Part shown: in pieces, positions 1-20,836 of the stretch | Position numbering within the stretch: position 1 is the stretch's first letter | Layout: every line of letters starts with the position of its first letter | Assembly (NCBI GenBank): GCA_964016885.1 | Contig: OZ024743.1 | Coordinates: 186,558,001-186,622,000 of the forward strand | Source: Eledone cirrhosa | Taxonomy: Eukaryota | DNA length: 64,000 nucleotides | Direction of reading: 5' to 3' | Notes under the pieces: generated by a model | Seen by the model: the letters and a program-made list of their open reading frames with translations, nothing else | What the model was told of the DNA's origin: nothing | Database searches by the model: none | Position numbers and translations under genes: made by a program

Positions 1-155
1 ACCATTTACTCATTGTATTCTCATTAGAAACCCTTTATATACTTGTTTAGCAGTAAATTGAATTACCATCTGTCATATACTATCTCCTCTTTTCTTCCTC
101 TATTACCACTAATATAAATACTTCAATTTTTCTGATTTTATCCAATTTATCCAAA

Positions 156-260
156 ATCTCTGAAGAAGTGACAACTGATTATACATTTGCTATCGAATAC
201 TTGCTAACATTATATGATTACATAGGTATTCCGTCTGTTACAGAAACATATGTCAATACC
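156..260 (+). ncRNA. Degenerate type I hammerhead-like motif in a probable Penelope-like pLTR remnant
   Basis: CTGAAGA 160-166, stem II base GTGACA/TGTTAC, GAAA 243-246, palindromic ACATATGT, then C (GUC site, 254). Helix I is broken. Confidence 0.45.
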
Positions 261-335
261 TAATAAATTCCTTTTTTTTAAAAAAAGCACTTTCATTTTA
301 TATTCATCTTTTCTGTATATATATATATATATATT

Positions 336-490
<155 letters not shown>

Positions 491-605
491 ATATATATAT
501 ATATATGTATGTGTGTATATATATATATATGTATGTATATATATATGTGTATGTATATATATATATATGTGTATGTATATATATATATATGTATGTATAT
601 ATATG

Positions 606-636
<31 letters not shown>

Positions 637-691
637 GTATGTATATATGTATATATATATATATATATGTATGTATATGTATGTATATATG

Positions 692-788
<97 letters not shown>

Positions 789-889
789 GTATATATATAT
801 ATATGTATATATGTATATATGTATATATATATATATGTATATATATATATGTATATATATATGTATATATATATATGTATATATATATG

Positions 890-928
<39 letters not shown>

Positions 929-963
929 ATATATATATGTATGTATATATATATATATGTATG

Positions 964-997
<34 letters not shown>

Positions 998-1175
998 TAT
1001 GTATGTATATATATATGTATGTATATATATATATATGTATGTATGTATATATCTATATATGTATATATATGTATGTATGTATATATATATAAATGTATGT
1101 ATATATATATATATGTATGTATATATATATATATGTATGTATGTATATATATATATGTATGTATATATATATATG

Positions 1176-1207
<32 letters not shown>

Positions 1208-1316
1208 TATATATGTATGTATATATATATATGTATGTTTGTATATATATATATATATATGTATGTATATATATATATTTATATATGTATGTATATATAT
1301 ATATATATATGTATGT

Positions 1317-1350
<34 letters not shown>

Positions 1351-1366
1351 TAAATATATATGTATG

Positions 1367-1419
<53 letters not shown>

Positions 1420-1443
1420 ATATATATATATATGTATGTATTA

Positions 1444-2053
1444 TGTCAGGTCACCAGTTGGTGCTACTGGTAACATGTATCCCAGTACAACCTGTCTCAT
1501 GGTCGGGTCGTTGGCGACTAAACTGGCAACCCCACCAAGGTTTCTTTGTGAGGAGGGTGACTTTGGACATCCTGCAGGACTAAAAACAAAACCTGTTAAA
1601 GGGCAAAGGAGCTCTTAAGCGTCAATGGCCATCCAAAATAACCGGGAGAGATGACTCCTTAGCCTTTGTCAAGGCAGAATTCTAGGAGAAGGAAAACTCT
1701 GATATAACACCTGCAACCCTGATGGTATCCAATGATGTTGACTTGTTCTTCTTTTTGGTAAATATCATCTTGGTTAAGAGAGTGGGACTGGCTTTGTGCA
1801 GTGCCTCTGCTCACTATAAAAGCTTCACGGCACAGGCATTGCTTTATATCTGGAGATCTCTCTGCACTTGTCGTCACATGGTACCATGGGCCCAGCACTA
1901 TGTGTCTGTAATTGTCACAAGTGTAGTGTTTGTACCATAGTTTTCAAGTCGCTGGGTGGACTAAAAAGTCACATTCGTTCAGCGCATCGGTAGGGGTTCT
2001 CCTACATGGATATAAAGTAGTGGCCGTACTCGAAAACGAGTTGGCAGCCACCA
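1444..2053 (+). mobile_element. Bipartite non-autonomous RTE-derived retroelement, copy 1
   Basis: RTE 5'UTR-type motif GGAGAAGGAAAACTCTGA; terminal C2H2 coding remnant [25 protein letters not shown] (about 1910-1993); 3' hairpin CTCG-AAAA-CGAG, then (TA)n. Confidence 0.7.
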
Positions 2054-2102
2054 TATATATATATATATATATGTGTATGTATGTATGTATATATATATGT
2101 AG

Positions 2103-2712
2103 TGTCAGGTCACCAGTTGGTGCTACTGGTAACATATATCCCAGTACAACCTGTCCCATGGTCGGGTCGTTGGCGACTAAACTGGCAACCCCACCAAGGT
2201 TTCTTGGTGAGGAGGGTGACTTTGAACATCCTGCAGGACTAAAACCAAAACCTGTCAAAGGGCAAAGGAGCTCTTAAGAGTCAATGGCCATCCAAAATCA
2301 CTGGGAGAGATGACCCCTTAGCCTTTGTCAAGGCAGAATTCTAGGAGAAGGAAAACTCTGATATAACACCTGCAACCCTGATGGTATCCAATGATGTTGA
2401 CTTGTTCTTCTTTTCGGTAAATATCATCTTGGTTAAGAGAGTGGGACTGGCTTTGTGCAGTGCCTTTGCTCACTATAAAAGCTTCACGGCACAGGCATTG
2501 CTTTATATCTGGAGATCTCTCTGCACTTGTCGTCACATGGTACCATGGGCCCAGCACTAGGTGTCAATAATTGTCACAAGTGTAGTGTTTGTACCAGAGT
2601 TTTCAAGTCGATGGCTGGACTAAAAAGTCACACTTGTTCAGCGCATCGGTAGGGGTTCTCCTACATGGATATAAAGTAGTGGCCGTACTCGAAAACGAGT
2701 TGGCAGCCACCA
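2103..2712 (+). mobile_element. Bipartite non-autonomous RTE-derived retroelement, copy 2 (tandem with copy 1)
   Basis: Colinear with 1444-2053, scattered substitutions, separated from it by about 50 bp of TA repeat. Confidence 0.7.
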
Positions 2713-2720
2713 TATGTATG

Positions 2721-3162
<442 letters not shown>

Positions 3163-3420
3163 ATATATATATGTATGTATATATATATATATATATGTAT
3201 ATATATGTATGTGTATATATATATATATATATATGTATGTATATATATATATGTATGTATATATATATATGTATGTATGTATATATATATATGCATGTAT
3301 ATATATATATGTATGTATATATATATGTATGTATATATATATATATAAATATATGTATGTATATATATATATGTATGTGTATAATATATATATATGTATA
3401 TATATATATATAATAGTATG

Positions 3421-3455
<35 letters not shown>

Positions 3456-3460
3456 GTATG

Positions 3461-3493
<33 letters not shown>

Positions 3494-3870
3494 GTATGAA
3501 TATATATATATGTATGTATGTATATATATATATGCATGTATATATATATATATATGTATGTATGTATATATATATATATATATGTATGTATATATGTATG
3601 TATATATATATATATATGTATGTATGTATATATATATATGTATGTATATATATATATATGTATGTATGTATATATATATATGTATGTATATATATATATA
3701 TGTATGTATGTATATATATATATGTATGTCTGTATATATGTATATATATATGTATGTATATATATATATGTATGTATATATATATATATGTATGTATGTA
3801 TATATATATATATGTATGTCTGTATATATGTATATATATATGTATGTATATATATATATATATATGTATG

Positions 3871-3921
<51 letters not shown>

Positions 3922-3941
3922 ATTATATATATATATATATA

Positions 3942-4093
<152 letters not shown>

Positions 4094-4213
4094 ATATATA
4101 TATATGTATGTATATATATATATATTTATATATATATATGTATGTATATATATATATATGTATGTATGTATATATATGTATGTATGTATATATATATATA
4201 TGTATGTATATAT

Positions 4214-4247
<34 letters not shown>

Positions 4248-4285
4248 GTATATATTATATATATGTATGTATATATATATGTATG

Positions 4286-4316
<31 letters not shown>

Positions 4317-4665
4317 GTATATGTATGTATATATATATATATATGTATGTATATATATATTGTATGTATATATTATATATATATGTATGTATGTATATAT
4401 ATATGTATGTATATATATTTATATGTATGTATGTATATATATATGTATATATATATATATATGTATGTATGTATATATATATGTATGTATATATATATAT
4501 ATTATGTATGTATGTATATATATGTATGTATGTATATATATATTATATATGTATGTATATATATATATATATATGTATGTATATATATATATATATATGT
4601 ATGTATATATATATATATATGTATGTATATATATATATATATATGTATGTATATATATATATATG

Positions 4666-4708
<43 letters not shown>

Positions 4709-4918
4709 ATATATATATATGTATGTATGTATATATATATATATATATGTATGTATATATATATGTATGTATGTATATATATATATATGTATGTATGTAT
4801 ATATATATATAAATATATGTATGTATATATATATATATGTATGTATATATATATATATACATACATACATATATATGTATGTATATATATATATGTATGT
4901 ATATACATATATACATAC

Positions 4919-4955
<37 letters not shown>

Positions 4956-5082
4956 TATATATACATACATATATATGTATGTATATATATATGTATGTAT
5001 ATATATATATATATATATATATACATACATATATATGTATGTATATATATATATGTATGTATATATATATATGTATGTATAT

Positions 5083-5116
<34 letters not shown>

Positions 5117-5130
5117 ATATATATATATAT

Positions 5131-7120
5131 ATGAGGGCAAAGAAAGAGATCAGAGCCATAGAAAAGATTAAAACAAACCCTCAGGCCTTCTTTAAACTTG
5201 CAAAAGAAACTGCCTCAGTACACTGCACGATTTGGCCACTCTTCCATACGGACGGTTCATTAACCTAAAACCCCCAAGAGATATGTGAAATACTGAACGA
5301 ACAGTACAAAAGTGTGTTCACATGTCCACTGAGGCACATGCAAATAATGAAGCCAGAGGAGTTCTTTGATGCCACAACACTACATCACGAAATGGCAACC
5401 ATCAACCACATAGACATAACGGAGGAGGATGTGGTGTACACCATTGATGAAATTAGAACAGACTCGGCTGCTGGACCTGATGGATTCCCACCAGTTCTCT
5501 TAAAAATATGTAAGCGGGCCTTAGCAACTCCACTAAAGATGCTCTTCAGAAGCTCCTTGGCTAGCGGTGTAACCCAGGGAGCTGAAAGAAGGAGGCACAA
5601 TATGCCCTATCCATAAAGGAGGTAGTAGAGCGGAGGCCAAGAACTATAGACCAGTCTCCCTGACGTCGCATATCAGTAAGGTCATGGAGTGAGTCGTCAG
5701 AAAGAAACTAATCACTTTCCTCGAGGAAAATGACCGCCTGACTAGCACGCAACATGGCTTCCGCCCAGGAACGAGCTGCCTTACACAGCTGCTACATCAC
5801 TATGACTGGGTACTGAGACAACTACTAGACAGCTCACATGTGGACGTGATATATCTTGACTTTGCGAAGGCCTTTGACAAGGTCGACCACGGAATGATAT
5901 GTCACAAACTACACGGACTCGGCATAACTGGAAAAGTAGGTGAGTGGCTGCATGGCTTCCTAAGGGAGGGAAGCCAGGCAGTCGCAGCAAATGGGGCCCA
6001 CTCAAGGGAAACACCAATAACAAGTGGGGTGCCCCAGGGGACAGTCCTGGGACCACTACTGTTTTTTGGTGGCTCTCTCGGACATGCCCTCTGTGGTGCA
6101 TGCAACAACATCCCTCACTAGCTATGCTGATGACACTAAGGTAGCACAGGCAATCAAAAACCCGGCTGACGCTGCCCTTTTACAGCAGGATCTGGATGCC
6201 ATATACAAATGGGCGAAAGAAAACAACATGCAGTTTAATGCTGGCAAATTCCAAGCCCGACAATACAAACCTGCAAACACAAATATAGTGGAACACAGCT
6301 ACACAGGACCAGATGGGACTGATATCCCCGTGTCAAAATCGATACGAGACCTGGGCATAGACATGAGCGAAGATGCATCTTTTTCTTCACACATCATGAA
6401 GGTGCGACAATGTGCAGACGACTCGCTGGCTGGATCTTGAGGACTTTCCGGACAAGAGATCGAGACACCATGTTGACACTGTGGTGACTTTTGTCCTAAG
6501 CCGCCTGGACTACTGCTCCCAGTTGTGGTCACCCCATAGTGTCAGACTAACCACGGAGCTTGAGGCAATCCAGCGAAGCTACACCAAGAGGATTGCCAAG
6601 ATGAGGGAGACAAGCTACTGGGAGAGGCTAAAGGAACTGAACCTCTACCCCTTGGAGCAAAGACGGGAGAGATACGCAGTGATCTACATGTGGAAAATCC
6701 TGGAGGGACTAGCACCAAACTTTGGCATTGGGAGCTGGACCAACCGTCGAACAGGACGTCACTGTGTGGTGCCAAAGGTCCCGTCTTCCACATCTAGAAT
6801 AAGGAGCAGGTATTGCAATAGCCTGGGATTCAAGGGCCCTCAACTCTTCAACAGGCTGCCGAAGGATCTGAGAGACTTGCATCACGTGGAGGTAGATGTC
6901 TTTAAGAAACATCTCGACACCTTGATATCCAGGATCCCGGATGAGCCCACAGCAAAACACGAGGGCAGCAGTAACAAACTCCCTCTTACACCAGTGGCCA
7001 ACCTATACAGGCTGGAGATAAAATGTGTAGCAACAAGGGCGGTGCCCCAGCATGGCCTCAGCCAGATGGCTGAAACAGGTAAAAGAGTAAAAGAGCAAAA
7101 GAGTAAAAGAGTAAAAGAGT
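5131..7120 (+). mobile_element. 5'-truncated CR1-group LINE, RT pseudogene with stops and frameshifts
   Basis: SAAGPDG, NYRPVSLTS, QHGF, YLDFAKAFDKVDH, SGVPQGTVLGPLLF, YADDTK, SRLDYCSQLWSP; 3' hairpin TCAGCC-AGAT-GGCTGA; (GTAAAAGA)x5 tail at 7079-7120. Confidence 0.9.
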
Positions 7121-7159
7121 ATATGTATGTATATATATATGTATATATGTATGTATATA

Positions 7160-7617
7160 TCAAAGGGCAAAGGAGCTCTTAAGAGTCAATGGCCATCCAA
7201 AATCACTGGGAGAGATGACTCCTTAGCCTTTGTCAAGGCAGAATTCTAGGAGAAGGAAAACTCTGATATAACACCTGCAACCCTGATGGTATCCAATGAT
7301 GTTGACTTGTTCTTCTTTTTGGTAAATATCATCTTGGTTAAGAGAGTGGGACTGGCTTTGTGCAGTGCCTCTGCTCACTATAAAAGCTTCACGGCACAGG
7401 CATTGCTTTATATCTGGAGATCTCTCTGCACTTGTCGTCACATGGTACCATGGGCCCAGCACTATGTGTCAGTAATTGTCACAAGTGTAGTGTTTGTACC
7501 AGAGTTTTCAAGTCGCTGGGTGGACTAAAAAGTCACATTCGTTCAGCGCATCGGTAGGGGTTCTCCTACATGGATATAAAGTAGTGGCCGTACTCGAAAA
7601 CGAGTTGGCAGCCACCA
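7160..7617 (+). mobile_element. Bipartite RTE-derived element, copy 3 (5'-truncated)
   Basis: Matches copies 1 and 2 from ...CAAAGGGCAAAGG to the same 3' end GGCAGCCACCA, followed by (TA)n. Confidence 0.7.
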
Positions 7618-7849
7618 TATATATATATATACATACATATATATATATATATGTATGTATATATATATATGTATGTATATATATATATATATATATATAT
7701 ACATACATATATATATATATATATGTATGTATATATATATATACATATGCATACATATATATATATATATGTATGTATATATATATATGTATGTATGTAT
7801 ATATATATGTATGTATGTATGTATATATATATATGTATATATATATATG

Positions 7850-7883
<34 letters not shown>

Positions 7884-7913
7884 TGTATGTATATACATAT
7901 ATATATATATATG

Positions 7914-7944
<31 letters not shown>

Positions 7945-7963
7945 GTATGTATATACATATATC

Positions 7964-8128
7964 TATCTATCTAAGACGGGTAAAATTCCCGAGATCCATG
8001 GACGAGTTCTCTCCAGCGGTCTCTGTCCCTCATTATCGCTGCCATATCCTGCATCTCCAACAGACCAGTGTCTGTCCTTAGGGCATCAACATATGTTAAC
8101 CTTGGTCTTCCTCTTCTAGTGTGTCCAT
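7964..8128 (-). mobile_element. 3' stub of the RTE family seen at 26283-27300
   Basis: [22 protein letters not shown]...REFYPS*, near-identical to the C-terminus of the 26286 ORF. Confidence 0.85.
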
Positions 8129-8140
8129 GTATGTATATAC

Positions 8141-8190
<50 letters not shown>

Positions 8191-8194
8191 ATAC

Positions 8195-8240
<46 letters not shown>

Positions 8241-8411
8241 ATATATATATATATATATGTATGTATATATATATGTATGTATATATATATATATATATGT
8301 ATGTATATATATATGTATGTATATATATATATATAGGTATGTATATATATATATAATTATGTATGTATATATATATATATGTATGTATATATATATATAT
8401 ATGAATGTATG

Positions 8412-8446
<35 letters not shown>

Positions 8447-8451
8447 GTATG

Positions 8452-8484
<33 letters not shown>

Positions 8485-8538
8485 GTATGTATATATATAT
8501 ATATGTATGTATGTATTATATATATATATATATGTATA

Positions 8539-8625
<87 letters not shown>

Positions 8626-8629
<4 letters not shown>

Positions 8630-10049
8630 TCATCATCATCATCATCAACGTTTAACGTCCGTGTTCCACGCTTGCATGAGTTTGGGACGGGAGGCATGAG
8701 TTTGGACGGGAGTATTCCCACTTGAGGCAAGAGTGATTGTCTTGCTCGCATAGGACTGTCTGGCAGGTTTTCTACAGTTGGATGCCCTTCCTAACACCAA
8801 CCACATTTACAGTGTGGGACTGGGAGGTTTTTACTGTGTTGCCTACACGGCCACATTACAGCGTGGACTGTGTGTTTTTTTGTCGTGACACCTACACGAT
8901 CTCATTTGTTCCGGCCTGGATGTTGTGGCACCAACATAACTTTACATGGGAGGGGGTGGTGTGGATGGGGGTGTGGGTGGTGGGACGGGGGTGTATTTTG
9001 TTAGAGATGCCTACTGGCTGTAGTAGGTTTTACTATGTATTTAGGTTTTACTATCTATTACTGAGTACCGCCAAAGGTCTCGGTCCAGTGACATTGTCTT
9101 GGAGAGGTGTAAGTGTGTGAGGTCGGAGTTTATCAGCTCGTCCCAGGATTTTCTAGGTCTGCCTATTCCGTGGCTACCGTCTATCTTTATTGCCCTGCAC
9201 TTTGTCATACAGCTATCGACTTCATGCGCATCACGTGTCCGTACCAACGTAGCCTTCTCTCGAGTAAACAACATCTGATCCCTCTTATTTCTAATTTTTT
9301 CCTTGTTTGTTTATGCTTTGCCGTTCACGTATATTACTATTACACATCCAGCGGAGCATGCAAGCTTCGTTCCTCTCTAGTCTGCGTATATCCTCTGCGC
9401 ACAATGCCCAGGTCTCACTGCCATGCAACATTGCTGTTCGTATGCAGGCATCATACAACCTGCCTTTCATTTTTAGGGAGAACCCTTTAGCGGCTAATAG
9501 TGGTATAAGCTCTCTGAACATTTTCCATCCAGTTCTGACTCTAGCTACTGTACTTTCGAAGCACCCTCCCCCACTGCTGATTTTGTCACCCAGGTAACGG
9601 AAGCTGTCCACTATTTCTATAGAGCCCTCTGCGCAATTGAAAGAGTTAGTATTTTGTGGGCACTTGCTGCTACTTATTGCACCAGAGCACCGCCCACATG
9701 TAAAATCTAAGTTCTTAGTTAGCTTACCTGTGATCCCACTACATCTTTTATGCACCCATACTTTGCATTTGGGACATAAAATGGAGTTTCTACCTACGCC
9801 TTTCCTACACACTGAGCATGGCCATTTCCCAGAAGGGACCGCCGCCTTATTTTCTTTCCTACAAACTAGAACTTTAGTCTTAGCTAGGTTAATTGTAAGG
9901 ACTTTTGATTCTAGGCCGTGCTTCCATGTTTGGAATTTCTTCTCTAGCTCGGCCATTGATTCAGCTATGAGTGTTAGGTCATCTGCGTATAGGAGTTCCC
10001 ATGGGCAGCCGGTCTTGAACTCCTCTGTTATAGCCTGAAGGGCTATAAC
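8626..10049 (-). mobile_element. 5'-truncated RTE LINE (PHD-in-RT family) with long 3'UTR and (GAT)n tail
   Basis: LLYADDL, Cys-rich finger, FRYLGD, LHGSETW, GRPRKSW; frameshift near 9300; tail GGACGTTAAACGTT(GAT)n. Confidence 0.9.
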
Positions 10050-10188
10050 ATATGTATATATGTATATATATGTATACATGTATATATATGTATATATATA
10101 TATATGTATATATATGTATTATATATATATATATGTAAGTATATATATATATATATGTATGTATATATATATATATATATATATGTAA

Positions 10189-10223
<35 letters not shown>

Positions 10224-10259
10224 TATATATATATATGTATGTATATATATATATGTATG

Positions 10260-10290
<31 letters not shown>

Positions 10291-10329
10291 GTATGTATAT
10301 ATATATATATATGTATATATATATGTACG

Positions 10330-10371
<42 letters not shown>

Positions 10372-10407
10372 TGCATATATATATATATGAATATATATAT
10401 ATATATG

Positions 10408-10458
<51 letters not shown>

Positions 10459-10488
10459 GTATGTATATATATATATATGTATGTATAT

Positions 10489-10526
<38 letters not shown>

Positions 10527-10533
10527 TATAATG

Positions 10534-10568
<35 letters not shown>

Positions 10569-10631
10569 GTATATATATATATGTATATATATGTATGTAT
10601 ATATATATATATATATGTATATATATGTATG

Positions 10632-10666
<35 letters not shown>

Positions 10667-10818
10667 GTGTATATATATATATGTATATATATGTATATAT
10701 ATATATATAATATATATATATGTATGTATATATATATGTATATATATATATATGTATGTATATATATATGTATGTATATATATATGTATATATATATATA
10801 TATATATGTATGTATATA

Positions 10819-10861
<43 letters not shown>

Positions 10862-10864
10862 ATA

Positions 10865-10909
<45 letters not shown>

Positions 10910-10920
10910 ATATATATGTA

Positions 10921-10954
<34 letters not shown>

Positions 10955-11894
10955 TGTATATATATATGTATGTATATATATATATATATATATGTATGTA
11001 TATATATATGTATGTATATATATATACATATGTATTGTGTGTATACTTTTTATATATGTACATGAGTGACTACGTATGTGCGCGCGCGGGCGTGTGTGTA
11101 TGTGTGTGTATGTATGTGTGTGTGTGTATGTGTATATGTGTGTGTGTGTACAGGTGTTTGTGTGTGTGTGTATGTATATATTATGCGTATGTGTACGTGT
11201 CTTTATATCTGTGTTTTTGACATCTCGGTTTTATGTTTTGTTCCTTTTTTCTTCTCCCCCACCCTTCCTTTTTTTACTTACTCAGTTTCATACGTGGGCA
11301 TGTAAACAGGTTTATATGCGTGAGTATAGGTATGTGTGTGTGTGTGTGTGTGTATGTACGTATCGAACGTATGGAAGTGTAAGTGCGCGTGTGTATATAA
11401 GCATTATTATTTTTACATTTCGTTTGTGAGATACGCGTGTCTGTGTATGTATATACCCCCCCTTTTTTTGTTTTCTTTAATTTTTTCTTTCTAATTTATC
11501 GTTATTATATTTTTATATATATATCGAGACTGACCCCTTTCTTTTAATTATTACACTCCCTTACCTCCTTTCTTTCCGCAACTAAGCGTACGAGTGTCCA
11601 GGCGTTTTATGCGCGCGCCTTCATATTCGTATATTTACGATGTAACCATTTCTGTTTGTACAATACAGACATATAGATACATTTGCCCTATTTTAGAATT
11701 ACGCACACTTTCTCACTATAAATGTACATGTACACATATACATATATGCACATCTGGGAGCATATATACATACATATACACACACCTAACTATATTTCTT
11801 GATAGATTTTTATATATTTCAATTTCTATTTCATTTATCTATATCTTTTTTGATTTTCTTGATGTGTTTTTCTAAGTATTTGCGCATGTTTTAT

Positions 11895-11972
11895 ATTGCC
11901 TCGTCTGACGAACGAATGAAGTCGTTTATTTCGTATTCGCCTCATTCGGGAAACCTCTGGTAATGAGGTAAT
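11895..11972 (+). ncRNA. Type I hammerhead ribozyme candidate
   Basis: Helix I ATTGCCTCGT/ATGAGGTAAT (10 bp including 2 G.U), CTGACGA 11905-11911, stem II CGAATGA/TCATTCG, GAAA 11950-11953, helix III ACC-tct-GGT, GUA site at 11962. Confidence 0.7.
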
Positions 11973-11996
11973 TATATTGTATTGATTTTTATACAT

Positions 11997-12059
<63 letters not shown>

Positions 12060-12099
12060 GTATATATATATGTATATATATATGTATATATATATATAT

Positions 12100-17812
<5,713 letters not shown>

Positions 17813-17813
17813 T

Positions 17814-17905
<92 letters not shown>

Positions 17906-17920
17906 ATGTATATATATATG

Positions 17921-17980
<60 letters not shown>

Positions 17981-17997
17981 GCATATATATATGCATA

Positions 17998-18028
<31 letters not shown>

Positions 18029-18074
18029 ATATATATGCATATATATATGCATATATATATGTATATATATATGC

Positions 18075-18134
<60 letters not shown>

Positions 18135-18209
18135 GTATATATATATGCATATATATATGTATATATATATGCTATATATATATGCATATATATATGCATA
18201 TATATAATG

Positions 18210-18241
<32 letters not shown>

Positions 18242-18282
18242 GTATATATATATGCATATATATATATGCATATATATATATG

Positions 18283-18331
<49 letters not shown>

Positions 18332-18366
18332 GTATATATATGTATATATATATGTATATATATATG

Positions 18367-18436
<70 letters not shown>

Positions 18437-18448
18437 GTATATATATGC

Positions 18449-18496
<48 letters not shown>

Positions 18497-18569
18497 GTAT
18501 ATATATATGTATATATATGAATATATATATATGCTATATATATATGTATATATATATGCATATATATAT

Positions 18570-18622
<53 letters not shown>

Positions 18623-18624
18623 GT

Positions 18625-18660
<36 letters not shown>

Positions 18661-18752
18661 TTATATATATTTATATATGTATATATATTATATATATATA
18701 TATTATATATATATATATATATGCATATATATATGATATATATATATATATG

Positions 18753-18818
<66 letters not shown>

Positions 18819-18869
18819 GTATATATATGTATATATATATATATATGTATATATATGCATATATATATG

Positions 18870-18904
<35 letters not shown>

Positions 18905-19285
18905 ATGCATATATATATGATATATATATGCATATATATATGCATATATATATGCATATATATATGCATATATATATTAATATATATATGTATATATGTA
19001 TATATATATGTATATATATATGCATGTATATATGTATATATATATGCATATATATATGTATATTTATATGTATATATGTACATATATATATATATATGCA
19101 TATATATATGTATTTATATATATGAATATATATATATGTATATATATATGCATATATATATATATGTATATATATATTGCATATATGCATATATATATGT
19201 ATATATATATATATATGTATATATATGTATATATATATGCATATATATATATATGTATATATATATGCATATATATATGTATATA

Positions 19286-19387
<102 letters not shown>

Positions 19388-19623
19388 GCATATATATATG
19401 TATATATATGCATATATATATGTATATATATATGCATATATATATGCATATATATATGCATATATATATGCATATATATATGCATATATATATGTATATA
19501 TATATGCATATATATATGTATATATATATATATGTATATATATATGCATATATATCTGTATATATATATATATATGTATATATATATGCATATATATATG
19601 TATATATATATATACATATATAT

Positions 19624-20339
19624 GTACAACCAGCCGTTACCCATGTCTCGCAAGTGTATCCCCTTACCCAGCAGAAAAACCTACCTTAAACTGCTTATAG
19701 ACGCTACTAATTCGTTTATACGGAGATGGAAGGCCTACCACCTGGATAAGAACACCCGTAACCTTTCTGAACCCAAAGAGAGGTATGGCTTCAAAACATA
19801 CCGAAACCCACCGCACAACACCTTACTGGACTCCTTTGAAGAGGACGTTAAGCTCAGAAAGAAACACCAATGCAGCAATCCATTCTTAACGTCCCTTGAT
19901 ACACTAATAACTAATATCAAGAATGACCCGCACCTCTTCGTCACCTCCGACAAAACCAAAAAGCTGTACAAGATGGACGTGAGTGAGTATAAAAAATTCA
20001 TCTATAAGGAACTACACAAAGACTACAAAAAGACACCCTCTAGTACCCTAAATGACATAAATAGAGTAAGGAAGGATATATTCACCAGCTTAGAAATAGA
20101 AAAGTACACTAACCCGTACGTCCCTCTGACGCCTAAATTCTCTCTTAAGGATCACAAATATGACTTTAATGAAAGCCCCTCTATTAGACTAATATGCCCC
20201 TCTACATCAGATATAGGTAAGATTAGTAAAGTGATCCTCGACAGAGTACTACTGGAGCTTAATAGAAAGGCTAAGGTCTGCCTCTGGGGCAACACCGACC
20301 AGGTCATAAATTGGTTCACCGAGTTGCCGCATAAAGCCA
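19624..20339 (+). mobile_element. Penelope-like element (Naiad-type), N-terminus and start of RT, cut by the assembly gap
   Basis: [54 protein letters not shown]. Confidence 0.8.
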
Positions 20340-20539
20340 NNNNNNNNNNNNNNNNNNNNNNNNNNNNNNNNNNNNNNNNNNNNNNNNNNNNNNNNNNNNN
20401 NNNNNNNNNNNNNNNNNNNNNNNNNNNNNNNNNNNNNNNNNNNNNNNNNNNNNNNNNNNNNNNNNNNNNNNNNNNNNNNNNNNNNNNNNNNNNNNNNNNN
20501 NNNNNNNNNNNNNNNNNNNNNNNNNNNNNNNNNNNNNNN
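20340..20539. other. Assembly gap (200 N)
   Basis: Run of N. Confidence 1.
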
Positions 20540-20706
20540 CACCACTCCCCTACACACCTTTTGAACTCTGTTCCCACACACTTCTCACCTGAAGAAGGGC
20601 TTATGCCCGAAACGTCATCCCCCACCTACCCCCCACTCTCCTGAGCGTGAATTTAATAAACATTTATCGTACTGCCTCTCTGTTCTGTCCCTGTTCAATT
20701 TTTCAT
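20540..20706 (+). mobile_element. Penelope-like pLTR/3' end with a minimal hammerhead-like core (20589-20616)
   Basis: CTGAAGA-A-GGGC-TTAT-GCCC-GAAA-CGTC, followed by AATAAA and a pyrimidine-rich tail into (TA)n. Helix I does not pair. Confidence 0.55.
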
Positions 20707-20785
20707 TATATATATATATTATATATGTATATATATGTATATATGTTATATATATATATATATATGTATGTTATATATATATATG

Positions 20786-20833
<48 letters not shown>

Positions 20834-20836
<3 letters not shown>

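Noticed and set aside
1659-1940. 79-aa and 72-aa ORFs repeated across the three element copies
   Set aside because: They are conserved only because the copies are recent; no recognisable motifs, and one is broken in copy 2.
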